Positions 54,431 to 63,791 of a stretch of 64,000 nt of DNA are shown in pieces. The stretch lies in contig CAVVXN010000005.1 of NCBI GenBank assembly GCA_963752285.1, positions 768,001 through 832,000 on the forward strand. Direction: 5' to 3'. This stretch comes from an uncultured Planctomycetota bacterium (lineage in GTDB: Bacteria > Planctomycetota > PLA2 > JAEUHO01). The position numbers were made by a program, and so were the translations under genes. The first letter of the stretch is position 1, and every line of letters begins with the position of its first letter. The notes beneath the pieces are model-generated. The model did not search any database. It was not told where the DNA came from and saw nothing but the letters and a program-made list of their open reading frames with translations.

Positions 54431-54898
54431 TCGCGGGGCGTGGCGTGGGCTCGCGGGGCGCCGCCTTGGGCGGCGCCGCATCGCGGGGCGTGGCGTGGGC
54501 TCGCGGGGCCGCCTTCGGCGGCGCCGCATCGCGGGGCGTGGCGTGCGCTTGCGGGGCCGCCTTTGGCGGCGCCGCATCGCGGGGCGTGGCGTGCGCTTGC
54601 GGGGCCGCCTTTGGCGGCGCCGCATCGCGGGGCGTGGCGTGCGCTTGCGGGGCCGCCTTTGGCGGCGCCGCATCGCGGGGCGTGGCGTGGGCTCGCGGGG
54701 CCGCCTTTGGCGGCGCCGCATCGCGGGGCGTGGCGTGGGCTCGCGGGGCCGCCTTGGGCGGCGCCGCATCGCGGGGCGTGGCGTGGCGTGGCTCGCGGGG
54801 CCGCCTTGGGCGGCGCCGCATCGCGGGGCGTGGCCTGGGCTTGCGGGGCCGCCTTCGGCGGCGCCGCATCGCGGGGGGTGGCGGGGGCTTGCGGGGCC
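54431..54898. repeat. Tandem array of ~9.6 x 48-bp hairpin-containing units
   Basis: Units start at 54431, 54481, 54529, 54577, 54625, 54673, 54721, 54769, 54821 and 54869; consensus TCGCGGGGCGTGGCGTGSGCTYGCGGGGCCGCCTTBGGCGGCGCCGCA. Confidence 0.97.
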
Positions 54899-54906
54899 TG
54901 GTTGGA

Positions 54907-54934
54907 ACGTCTGATAAGGTCCGTTATGTTGTTT
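54907..54934. other. dif-like XerC/XerD recombination site
   Basis: ACGTCTGATAA-GGTCCG-TTATGTTGTTT: 11-6-11 layout with the inner ATAA/TTAT palindrome and TTATGTT XerD-arm core. Confidence 0.72.
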
Positions 54935-54988
54935 TGTGTGGATGGGGGCCCGGAGGGGCGGGCTGTTGCGGGCGCCTCCGGCTCGGGG

Positions 54989-55774
54989 TCAGGCGTGCGG
55001 TGCCTGCGTGCAGCGTCCGAGGATCCAGGCTCCGATCCCCGCCGCCGCGACGAGCGCCACGAGGCCCAGCGCCGCGATCCACACCGCCGTCGCGCGGGCC
55101 GACGCGGCCTCTCTGTCGAGCCGCCTCTCGTCCGTCCGCTCCTCGTCGGTCAGGAGCGCGGGGTCGTCTCCGTGGAGCGCGCGACGCACGCTCGTCTCGA
55201 GGAAGGTCCGGCGGTACTCGGGGAACCAGTCGCGCCAGGCGTCCCGCACCGGACCGGTCACGAGCGGCGAGCCCTCCGGGAGCCCCTGACGGCCGGAGGT
55301 CTCGCGGTGCTGTCGGTCGAGCACGAGGGCCGTGAGCTCGGGCCAGGGATCCGTGCCCTCGGCCGGGACCGGGAACGGCTCCACCCCCCCACCGAGGAGC
55401 CAGCGGTAGGGGCCCTCCAAGCCCGGCGACGCGAGGGGCGCCAGCCGCCGCACGAGGGCGAGGGTCTCGGTCGCGCTCGTCGGCCGCCACCAGAGGTCGC
55501 GGAGCGCGAGCGGCCACAGCCGGTCGGCCAGGAGGGCGCCCGCCTCGCGAACCCCGGGCGAGGACCCGAAGAGCGCGTCCCGTCGGGCTGCCAGGTCCCG
55601 GACCGAGTCCCCGAGACTCGGCTCCAGGAGGTCCGGACGGCCCAGGACGAACACGCGTTCGGCGTCCTGGCGCGCGGTCCCGGACAGGGCCGCGAGGTCC
55701 GGATCCCCCCGCGCGGGCGCGGAGGGGAACGCGAAGACGAGGGCGGTTGCGAGGGCGAACCCGAATCGCCTCAC
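54989..55774 (-). CDS. Hypothetical exported protein with C-terminal TM anchor
   Basis: Signal peptide, C-terminal hydrophobic helix, GTGA overlap with the upstream gene. Confidence 0.65.
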   Translation of the reverse strand: MRRFGFALATALVFAFPSAPARGDPDLAALSGTARQDAERVFVLGRPDLLEPSLGDSVRDLAARRDALFGSSPGVREAGALLADRLWPLALRDLWWRPTSATETLALVRRLAPLASPGLEGPYRWLLGGGVEPFPVPAEGTDPWPELTALVLDRQHRETSGRQGLPEGSPLVTGPVRDAWRDWFPEYRRTFLETSVRRALHGDDPALLTDEERTDERRLDREAASARATAVWIAALGLVALVAAAGIGAWILGRCTQAPHA

Positions 55775-57414
55775 GGGAGCGGACCCTCGTCGCCCAGTCG
55801 GTCGGCGTCGCTCTTGTCGTCGGTCATGACGTGCCCGCCGTCCCGGTCGGGGTCGTGTCGGACGAGGAGGCGCTCGAGCGCCAGCGCGGGCGTCCGGAGC
55901 GGCGCGGGCAGCGGAACGTCGCCCCGGACCCGGGGCGCGCCCGAACCGTCGTGCGCGCACCAGAGGGCGAGACTCCCCGGGTAGAGCGGGTCGGGCGAGA
56001 TCCAGACGTCGCCGAGGCCCTTGGCCGCGGCCATCGTGGTCGCCATGGACCGCGCGAGCCGACCGTCGAGGCCCCCCTCGGCGTGGAGGTTCAGGCCGAT
56101 CCACCCGTGCGGGGCCAGGTGCCGCGCCATGGCCGAGAACGCCTCCACGGACGCGAGCTGGAAGGGCACGTACGCGGTGCGCGCGTACGCGTCCACGAGC
56201 ACCAGGTCGAACACCTCGTCGTCCGGGAGCGCGTTCAGCACCGTGCGACCGTCCACGTCCACGTAGAGACGGAGGTGCTCGCTCTCGAGGTCGCCGAGCG
56301 CGAGGTATCGACGCGCCGCCTGGACGACCCCGGGGTCGATCTCCACGCCGAGAACGTCGAGCGTCGTCCCGGGCGGCTTGGACGCCTCGAGCACGCGGTG
56401 CACGGATCCGCCCGCGTAACCGATGACGAGCACGCGCAGGTGGTCCTTCGGCTGCCCCGCGAACCAGGCGCCGAGGGCGAGGTGGTCGTAGTACCGACCG
56501 CCGGTCAGGTAGCGCTGCGTCTCGCTCGGCGGCCAGAGCACGACGCTCTGGTACGCTTCGACGTCCTCATCGTGGCGGAGGAAGCGCGTCGGCACCTGGC
56601 GAAGCTCGCCGTAGTACGGCCAGTCGCCCTCCACGAGGAGCGGCCCGTCGGCCTCCACCACGCGGATCGTCTGGTACGCCGTCTCGACCTCGACGAGCTG
56701 CCCCGCGTCGTGGCGGAGGAGCGGACGCTCGAAGACCGCGAGCGAGAGCGCCGCCGCGAGAACGACCGCGGCGACCGCCGCGCCCGCCTTCGTCCTCGCA
56801 CCCCCGAAGAGAAGGCCCAGTACGCCCAACGCCGCCAGGGCCGCCGCGCAGGAGAGGATCGTCGCCCGGCTCCCGATCGCCTGGAGCAGCCAGAGCGGCG
56901 CCAGGTAGCAGCCGGCGAGGCTCCCTAGGGTCCCGATCGCGAACACGCGGCCCGCCGTCCGGCCCGTGAAGCCCGGACGGTCGTCCAGACGTACGAGGAA
57001 CGGGCTCGTCATGCCGAGCACGAGGACCGGCGGCGCGAAGAGGACCACGGTCGCGGCGAGGCTCCCCGTGAAGGCGAGCGGCAGGAGACGGGCGTTTCCG
57101 ACCTCGGTCGGCACGAGCGCGGCGCAGAGGTCGCGGCCGACGACCGCGACGAGCACCGCCCACAGAGCCGCGAGCACGTACGCGAGGTAGAGGGGCCGGG
57201 CGGTCCGGCTGCGGTCCGCGACGCGGCCGCCGAGCGCGTATCCCAGCGCCAGCGCCAGCAGGATCATCCCGACCACGTTCGACCAGACGTAGTTCGACTG
57301 GCCGAACGAGGGCGCCATGAACCGGACCGCGCCGAACTCGAGGACGGTGACCACGAGTCCCGCCACCCCGGCGACGGCGAGATGTGCCGCGCGCTGGGTG
57401 CTCGGCCGGGTCAT
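55771..57414 (-). CDS. Fused membrane (MFS-like) / spermidine synthase-like protein
   Basis: Seven N-terminal TMs (LGYALGGRVAD, GTLGSLAG) plus VLVIGYAGG, VEIDP, DLVLVDAY. Confidence 0.85.
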   Translation of the reverse strand: MTRPSTQRAAHLAVAGVAGLVVTVLEFGAVRFMAPSFGQSNYVWSNVVGMILLALALGYALGGRVADRSRTARPLYLAYVLAALWAVLVAVVGRDLCAALVPTEVGNARLLPLAFTGSLAATVVLFAPPVLVLGMTSPFLVRLDDRPGFTGRTAGRVFAIGTLGSLAGCYLAPLWLLQAIGSRATILSCAAALAALGVLGLLFGGARTKAGAAVAAVVLAAALSLAVFERPLLRHDAGQLVEVETAYQTIRVVEADGPLLVEGDWPYYGELRQVPTRFLRHDEDVEAYQSVVLWPPSETQRYLTGGRYYDHLALGAWFAGQPKDHLRVLVIGYAGGSVHRVLEASKPPGTTLDVLGVEIDPGVVQAARRYLALGDLESEHLRLYVDVDGRTVLNALPDDEVFDLVLVDAYARTAYVPFQLASVEAFSAMARHLAPHGWIGLNLHAEGGLDGRLARSMATTMAAAKGLGDVWISPDPLYPGSLALWCAHDGSGAPRVRGDVPLPAPLRTPALALERLLVRHDPDRDGGHVMTDDKSDADRLGDEGPLP

Positions 57415-57435
57415 GCCCCTCCGCTCGTCTGCGGG

Positions 57436-59022
57436 CTAGTTGGGCTTCGGCGCCTCGGAGCCCGGGTCGGAGCCCTTATCGGATCCCTTCGACGAGGCGA
57501 GCTTCTCCTCGGCCTTCGCACGGAAGGAGGTCTGCCCGATGTTCCGGATGAGCTCCCAGAGCTGCTTCGCCTTGTCCAGGTCGCCCCCGGCCTCGGCCTC
57601 CTCGGCCTTCTGCCACCAGATGCTCGCCTTCTGCTCGTCGGCCGGGGTGCCCTTCACCGCCTCGGCGGGCGCGGTGGCGGGACCGGTCGTCGGCTTCGCG
57701 GCCGCGGGGATGTCCACCGCGCCCACGTACACGGGGTAGAGCCAGCCGAAGTACATGTTCTCTCGAACCTTCGGCTCGCGCTCGAAGAGCCGCATGAACT
57801 CGCGCGGCAGCTTTCCGAGCTTTCGCTCCTCCCCGTTCACGAGCAGCCGCACGTCGCGGTCGAGGTCGAGGATCTCGTCGTTGAGGAAGATCTCGATCTC
57901 CTCGACGCCCTTCGCGTCGATCTTGATCGTGTTGGGGTCCTCCTTCGTGTCGAGGACCGTCACGTCGAGGCTGCGCTCGGACGGCCCCTCGAAGATCGCG
58001 CGTACGACGTTGATCCAGTTGGCGTAGATGTGGTCGCCGGACGCGATGTTCCAGTGGAACGACCGGGGGATCTTCCGCTGGCGCTTCTGTAGCCAGTCCC
58101 ACAGGCCCTTCGCGTCGCCGACGGTCACGTCCGGATGACCCGCCTCGTCGAGGGTCTTCTTGAGGGCGGGGTCCCCCACCACGTAGATCGGCACGCTCGC
58201 GTAGTTGCGCACGAGCGCGGGGTCCGCGGTCCCGCCGCGGAGCACGATGCCGGCCAGGAGGTGCGGGAAGATGGAGGCGAACTGGAGCGCCTCCGTCTTC
58301 CCGTCCACCACGAAGCGGTCGAAGTCCACGTGGTACCGACGCCAGAACTCCCGGAGGATCATCGTCGAGAAGCGGTGCTGGAGCTGCCCGTCCTGCACGA
58401 AGAGGGCGCGCGGGGCGACGGGCGCCAGGGTGAACCACTGGTCGTAGAGGTCCCCGAACGACTCCTTCGGGTAGAGGCGCGTCAGGGCGGCCTCCCCCGG
58501 GTACGGCTCGGCGTCGTTCTTCTTGTCGATCGTGTCCGCCGCGTCGTGGAACACCAGGAGCAGGGGAAGCGGGGGGTCCCGCGGGATCTCGCGCTCGAGC
58601 TTGGTCTCCTTCGGGTAGCCGCGGGGCTCCGTGTACGTGAACCAGTAGCTCTCCGACTTGACGTTGCGGTAGAGCGCCTTCGAGGTCTTGTACTCGGTGA
58701 CGTCGTTGCTCTTCTGCCAGCCCTTGTCCGAGAAGCGCTCCCCGAAGTCCCGGCCCTGGTAGACGATCTGCTTCAGGACGGACGCGTCCTTGAGGGCGTC
58801 CATCCCCTTTTCCTGCAGCTTCTCGAGCTGCGCCTTGAAGTTCTTGCGCGGGGTGTAGACCGTCTCGGCCTCCAGGTCGAAGTAGGACCGGGCGGCGTCG
58901 ATCAGGTCCTTTCGGCTGCGGGCGTCCAGGTCGAGGATGCTGGGCGCGGCGGCCGCGGCCGCTCCGACCGCCAGCACCGCCACGAGCGCGAAGACGGCGG
59001 GTCGAAGTCTGCGTACGGTCAT
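57436..59022 (-). CDS. Secreted hypothetical protein with degenerate alpha/beta-hydrolase-like core
   Basis: Signal peptide; PLLLVFHD, YHVDFDRFVVDG, FPHLLAGIV. Confidence 0.65.
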   Translation of the reverse strand: MTVRRLRPAVFALVAVLAVGAAAAAAPSILDLDARSRKDLIDAARSYFDLEAETVYTPRKNFKAQLEKLQEKGMDALKDASVLKQIVYQGRDFGERFSDKGWQKSNDVTEYKTSKALYRNVKSESYWFTYTEPRGYPKETKLEREIPRDPPLPLLLVFHDAADTIDKKNDAEPYPGEAALTRLYPKESFGDLYDQWFTLAPVAPRALFVQDGQLQHRFSTMILREFWRRYHVDFDRFVVDGKTEALQFASIFPHLLAGIVLRGGTADPALVRNYASVPIYVVGDPALKKTLDEAGHPDVTVGDAKGLWDWLQKRQRKIPRSFHWNIASGDHIYANWINVVRAIFEGPSERSLDVTVLDTKEDPNTIKIDAKGVEEIEIFLNDEILDLDRDVRLLVNGEERKLGKLPREFMRLFEREPKVRENMYFGWLYPVYVGAVDIPAAAKPTTGPATAPAEAVKGTPADEQKASIWWQKAEEAEAGGDLDKAKQLWELIRNIGQTSFRAKAEEKLASSKGSDKGSDPGSEAPKPN

Positions 59023-59163
59023 CGCGTGCTCCCTGGGCCGAGGGACGGCCATTCTACGAGGCCGCCTCGGCACGGACATGCGGTACCGGGCGGCCCGCGG
59101 CCCCGCCGGATCCGGACGGGTCGCTTGCCGGCCGGCATCCCGTCCCGGAGCGGCCCGCACGCG

Positions 59164-60762
59164 TCATCGCCAGGCCGGATGGTCGTGGGTGCGCCACACC
59201 CGGTCGAGCAGGAACCGATACCGGTCCGCGCCGGAGCCCACCGCGCGGGTGGACCGGAGCGCCTCCGAGAGCCACCGGGTGGCGCCCGCGTCGTCGCCGG
59301 CGAGCCAGCACAGCCGGGCCGCGTTCTGGCGCGGCGAGTCGAACGCGGGGTCGTACTCGGCCGACGCCGTGAACGCCGCCAGGGCGTCGTCGCGCCGACC
59401 GAGGGCCGCCAGGGTCAGACCCCGGTCGCTCACGATCGCGGGGTCGTCGGGCTCGAGCTCGACGGCGCGGTCGTAGACGGAGAGCGCATCGTCGAGCCGG
59501 CCCGCGATGCGCAGCGTGTTGCCGTAGTTCGACCAGGCGAGGCCATCGTCCTTCTTCGCCTCGGCGATCGCGCGCTGCGCCTTCAGGCTCCGCGCGAGCG
59601 AGGCCGGCGAGGACCAGGCGGAGGCGTAGTCCCGCCCGGCGAGGTCCCACAGGAGCGAGGTCGCCTCGGGGTCGGCCGGGTCGATCTCGAGCGCGTGGAC
59701 CCAGGCCTCCACGGCCGCGTCCGCCCCCTCGCCGTGCTTGCCCGTGGGAAGGAGGACGCGGCCGAGCTCGATCCACGGCGCCGTGGAGGTCGGATCGTCC
59801 TTCGCGGCCTCGTGGAGAAGGGCGACCGCCTCGTCGGTCCGCGCGACGTCGGCCAGGAGGCGCGCGCGCGCCACCCCGAGCGCCGCCTGCTCCTCCGGCG
59901 TAGCGGCCTCGATCCCCGCGAGCGCCTGGAGCAGGGGACCCTGGGCGCTCGCGTAGCGGGCGCCGCGCACGGCATCCTGCAGCAGCGCCGGGTCGATCCT
60001 CTTCTGATCCGCCAGCAGGCGGCCGTACGCGGCGGCCGTCTCCTTCGGGTCCTTCGCGGCCGCCCAGGCACTGGCCTCGCCGCGGGTGTTCCCCGCCGCC
60101 GCGAACGCGCGCGCGGCGTCGGGGAAGCGACCCAGCGCGTAGAGGGCCTGCGCGCGGATCTCGGCCGCCCGGGTCGTCCGGGGAGCGTCGAGCGCGCCCT
60201 GCGGGATCCCGTCGAGCGACTTCACGGCGGCGTCGCTCTCGCCCCGCCACCAGTGGACCTCGCCCTCGACCAGCCGCCGTCGCCCGAGGAGGGCTCCCTC
60301 GCCCTCGATCTTCGCGGCTTCCGCGGCCGCGTCGAGGAGATAGGGGGTCACCTCGAGGCCGCCGGTCCGTCCGGCGGCCAGATGCGCCCTGGCCACCTCG
60401 AGCAGGGTCTCGGCGAGCCGCGCGTGGTCCTCGGGGTCACCCCGCTCCGACGCGACCCGCTCGTAGTACTGGAGCGCCGCGTACGGCTCCCCGGCGGCCA
60501 CCCAGGCCGCGCCGAGGCGGGTCGAGACCTCGATATCCTTCGCTGGGTCGTCCCCGGCCTTCTCGACCTGCTCGAGCGCCGCCTCGAGCAGCGAGACCGC
60601 CTCGCGCGGCGCCCCCGCGTCGAATCGCGCCTTGGCCTTCTCGAGGAGCGCGGCCGTGTCGTCGCCCTCGCCGCGAACGACCCGCAGGCCCCCCCACGCG
60701 AGGACGAGGAGCAGGGCGGTCGTGAGGACCCGCCGGACCCGCCGGATCACGTCGTCAGCCAT
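59164..60762 (-). CDS. Tetratricopeptide-repeat protein
   Basis: N-terminal TM; AWSNYGNTL....LDDALSVYDRAVELEP-type TPRs. Confidence 0.82.
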   Translation of the reverse strand: MADDVIRRVRRVLTTALLLVLAWGGLRVVRGEGDDTAALLEKAKARFDAGAPREAVSLLEAALEQVEKAGDDPAKDIEVSTRLGAAWVAAGEPYAALQYYERVASERGDPEDHARLAETLLEVARAHLAAGRTGGLEVTPYLLDAAAEAAKIEGEGALLGRRRLVEGEVHWWRGESDAAVKSLDGIPQGALDAPRTTRAAEIRAQALYALGRFPDAARAFAAAGNTRGEASAWAAAKDPKETAAAYGRLLADQKRIDPALLQDAVRGARYASAQGPLLQALAGIEAATPEEQAALGVARARLLADVARTDEAVALLHEAAKDDPTSTAPWIELGRVLLPTGKHGEGADAAVEAWVHALEIDPADPEATSLLWDLAGRDYASAWSSPASLARSLKAQRAIAEAKKDDGLAWSNYGNTLRIAGRLDDALSVYDRAVELEPDDPAIVSDRGLTLAALGRRDDALAAFTASAEYDPAFDSPRQNAARLCWLAGDDAGATRWLSEALRSTRAVGSGADRYRFLLDRVWRTHDHPAWR

Positions 60763-61507
60763 CGCGTTGGCCTCCCGGAGGACCGGACGGGGTGCCGCTC
60801 CCGCCGCCCGGCGCCGTGGTGTCGCCGCCCGCCGCCCGTTCCTCCGCGCGCCACCACCGCTCGATCGCGTCGGCGTCCTGCGCGATCTCCGCGGGGGTCC
60901 CGTCCTCGCGGGGGCGTCGTCCCTCGCCGGCGACCGCGGTCAGGGCCTCCGCCGCCTCGCGCCGCTCGGCCGGCGTCCGGGCGGCGCGGTAGCGCGCCAG
61001 GAGCGCCGGTACCGCGCGGCGGTCGCCGGAGAGGGCGAGCGCCACGGCGACGGCCGCCGCGCCCTCCCCGCCGGCCTCCAGCCGCCTGAGGAGCGCGTCG
61101 GAGTGGGTTCGCGCGAGCTCGAGGAGTCTCCCCTCCCCCTTCCACGCGAACACGCGGTCGGGGAGGGAGGACTTCCACGCGAGATAGCGGACCTCGGTGT
61201 CGGGGTCGAGGGCCGGAAGCTGGTGGTTCTCGTCGAGCACGAGGAGCCACCGCGGGTCCCGCTCGTCGGGGATCGTCCGCGCGTACGCCTGCAGCGCCTC
61301 GCGACCCGCCTCGTCGAGCGTCGTGAGACGCGCGAGCGCCGCGCTCGAGGCCTCGGCGTCGGGGGAGAGCAGCCGCCCGACGTCGGCCGCGACGAGGTCC
61401 GCGGGGAGGGGACGCCGCGCGGGCTCGACGGCGAGGGGCACGCCGCGCCCCGAGGACGCGCACGCCGCGAGGAGAGAGAGCAGGAGCGCGGCGGGGAGAG
61501 CTCTCAT
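60755..61507 (-). CDS. Hypothetical lipoprotein, HEAT-like
   Basis: LAAC lipobox; GDRRAVPALL..AAEAL; ATGA overlap with the upstream gene. Confidence 0.65.
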   Translation of the reverse strand: MRALPAALLLSLLAACASSGRGVPLAVEPARRPLPADLVAADVGRLLSPDAEASSAALARLTTLDEAGREALQAYARTIPDERDPRWLLVLDENHQLPALDPDTEVRYLAWKSSLPDRVFAWKGEGRLLELARTHSDALLRRLEAGGEGAAAVAVALALSGDRRAVPALLARYRAARTPAERREAAEALTAVAGEGRRPREDGTPAEIAQDADAIERWWRAEERAAGGDTTAPGGGSGTPSGPPGGQRDG

Positions 61508-62748
61508 TCGCCGTAGGTGAACTCCACCCGCGTGACGACGCGGGCGCGGTAGTCCTCGTACTGCTCGGGCTTCGTGAGGCTCTCGGGGACCAGCATGTCC
61601 TGGGGCGTCAGTCGGTACACGAGCCACGCCTCGCCGTGCCCCTTCTTCGCCTCGGGCACGTCCACGTAGCCCTTCTCGTCCTCGATGCCCGAGATGCGCG
61701 CGAGCGGCGGGATCTGCGTGTCGCGCCGACCCGAGTTCCGGTAGAACTTCCGGTACGTCGCCGCGTGAGAGCGCGCCTGCTGCTCGAAGTCCACCTCTCC
61801 GGGCCGCGTCTCCGCGATCGGATCGAGGATCACGCGGCCGTTCTCGTCCCAGAGCTTGACGTACGTGTCGAACGAGCGGTGGCGCGCATCCGTCGGGATG
61901 TTGTGACCCGCGCCCTTGTTCGTGACCCACACCCGGAAGCGGAAGCCCCCGCCGTCGAGGGGCTCCACGGTCACGTCGAGGTCGGCCGCCTTCTGCACGT
62001 GCGTGAGCTCGTGGCCGCCGGGCCAGGTGTGGTGCCGGCCCCTGCGGACGGGCCCGCCCTTCACGATGGGCCTCTCGACCTCGGGCATGTGGCAGTCGAG
62101 GCAGCTGGTCTCGGGACGCTTGCGCGGCTCGGTCGCGTGCGGTCCGTACGGGCCGTTCAGCCACTCGGTTCCGGTGTCGTGCTGGTTGTGGCAGCCGAAG
62201 CACATCTTCACGGGGCTCGTCTGCGCGGGGTCGTGCGTGGGGTTGCACGGGCCCGAGACGCCCTCGGTCGGGGCCGCGACGCCATCGCCCATCTGGTGAC
62301 AGCTGAGGCACGAGATCGCGTCCTCGCGACGGTCGAGTCGCGCGATCGGGGTGTCGAAGTCCACCTCGCGGAGCGGGACCGGAGCGTGGCAGCGGATGCA
62401 CTCCTCCTTGTTCTCGGGCGCGAGCTCGAGGAAGAGGTAGTCGCGCATCGCCTGGCCGTGGAGGCTCTGCTTCCACTCCTCGTAGATGGCGTCGTGGCAC
62501 GCCCCGCACTGCGCGGCGGTCCGGAACGCGTTGGCGGTCGCCGGAGCGGCGCCGCCCGCCGGCGCCGCGCCCGCGTGCGCCGCGTCGGCGGCGTTCGGGA
62601 GCGTCGGGTTCGCGGTCGGCGGGTTCTGGGGGGCCTCGCCCGTGGGGCTCGAGGCGGCCCCTCCCTTCTCCTCGCCGCCGCAGGCCGCGAGGAGGAGGGC
62701 CGGACCGAGGAGGACGGCGAGGCGGAGCAGGTTCGTCCGGGTCTTCAT
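61504..62748 (-). CDS. Pentaheme c-type cytochrome lipoprotein (c554-like)
   Basis: LAAC lipobox; CGACH, CIRCH, CLSCH, CFGCH, CLDCH; W..S.H and GHNIPT motifs. Confidence 0.88.
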   Translation of the reverse strand: MKTRTNLLRLAVLLGPALLLAACGGEEKGGAASSPTGEAPQNPPTANPTLPNAADAAHAGAAPAGGAAPATANAFRTAAQCGACHDAIYEEWKQSLHGQAMRDYLFLELAPENKEECIRCHAPVPLREVDFDTPIARLDRREDAISCLSCHQMGDGVAAPTEGVSGPCNPTHDPAQTSPVKMCFGCHNQHDTGTEWLNGPYGPHATEPRKRPETSCLDCHMPEVERPIVKGGPVRRGRHHTWPGGHELTHVQKAADLDVTVEPLDGGGFRFRVWVTNKGAGHNIPTDARHRSFDTYVKLWDENGRVILDPIAETRPGEVDFEQQARSHAATYRKFYRNSGRRDTQIPPLARISGIEDEKGYVDVPEAKKGHGEAWLVYRLTPQDMLVPESLTKPEQYEDYRARVVTRVEFTYGE

Positions 62749-63791
62749 CACGGCTCCTCCGCTTCGAGCGTCCACGCCGGACCGCGCACGGCGAGGTGGA
62801 CGGACGCGCCCGGCTCGACGCGCGACGACGCGTGGCCCTCCACGACCTCGCCGTCCACGCGCGCGCGCACGCGCCAGGCGGCGCCGACCGGATGGGCGTC
62901 CACGACCTCGGCCGGCACGCCCTCCGGGCCGACCTCGACCTCCTCGGGCCGAAGGACGGCGACGCACCGGGGCGTCGCGACCACGCGACCGGTCTCGAGC
63001 TCGCCGAGCGAGGTCCGGACGCGGCCGGCCGTCACCTCGCCGGGGAGTGCGGTCACGGGGCCGAGCGCCCGCGCGCCCGCGAGCGTCGCGGGTCGGAGGT
63101 ACAGGTCCTGGGGCGCGCCACGCTCGACGATCCGCCCGTGGTGGAGAACCGCGACGTCGTCCCCCATCGCCATCGCCTCGTCGGCGTCGTGGGTCACGTA
63201 GACGACGGTCGCCTCGTCCTCCGAGGCGAGCGCGCGGATCAGGCGGCGGAGGTCGCCGCGCCGGTCGGGATCGAGGTTCGCGAGCGGCTCGTCGTACAGG
63301 ACGACCGGCGGCCGTGGGGCGAGGGTCCGGGCGATCGCGACGCGCTGTCGCTCGCCGCCCGAGAGCGTCGCAGGGGCCCGTCCGAGGAGGTCCGCGATTC
63401 CCACGCGGCCGGCGAGGGACGCGACGACCGGGTGGCGGCGGGCGGCACGTCCCCGCGGGCGGCCGGGCAGGCCGAACGCGATGTTTTCCGCGACGGTCAT
63501 GTGCGGCCAGAGCTCGAGGTGCTGGAAGACGAGGCCGACGCCGCGCCGTTCGGGGTCTACGACGGAGGCGGGATCGGCCACGAGCCGTCCCGAGACCCAC
63601 ACGCGGCCGGCGTCGGCCGTCTCGAGCCCCGCGACGATGCGCAGCAGCGTGGTCTTGCCCGCGCCGCTGTGGCCGAGCAGCACGAGGACGCGCCCCGCGT
63701 GGACCTCCAGGTCCACCTCGGCGAGCGCGGACTCCTCGGTCCCCGGGTGGCGTTTCCCGAGGCCCTCGACGCGGAGCGCGGCGTCGGTCAC
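62748..63791 (-). CDS. ABC ATP-binding protein (PotA/FbpC-like, TOBE tail)
   Basis: GHSGAGKT, LSGGERQRVA, DEPLANLD, VTHD. Confidence 0.9.
   Translation of the reverse strand: MTDAALRVEGLGKRHPGTEESALAEVDLEVHAGRVLVLLGHSGAGKTTLLRIVAGLETADAGRVWVSGRLVADPASVVDPERRGVGLVFQHLELWPHMTVAENIAFGLPGRPRGRAARRHPVVASLAGRVGIADLLGRAPATLSGGERQRVAIARTLAPRPPVVLYDEPLANLDPDRRGDLRRLIRALASEDEATVVYVTHDADEAMAMGDDVAVLHHGRIVERGAPQDLYLRPATLAGARALGPVTALPGEVTAGRVRTSLGELETGRVVATPRCVAVLRPEEVEVGPEGVPAEVVDAHPVGAAWRVRARVDGEVVEGHASSRVEPGASVHLAVRGPAWTLEAEEP

Noticed and set aside
54431..54898. CRISPR array
   Set aside because: The segments between hairpins are near-identical rather than unique spacers, and no cas genes are in the window
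54308..54914. Repeat-protein ORFs across the array (e.g. 54308..55984 +, 54336..54869 -)
   Set aside because: Frames stay open only because the sequence is A-poor and GC-rich; +2 and +4 bp unit indels shift the peptide; no convincing RBS
54907..55774. Xer-exploiting mobile element integrated at dif
   Set aside because: No second dif-like site and no phage or plasmid genes are seen on either side
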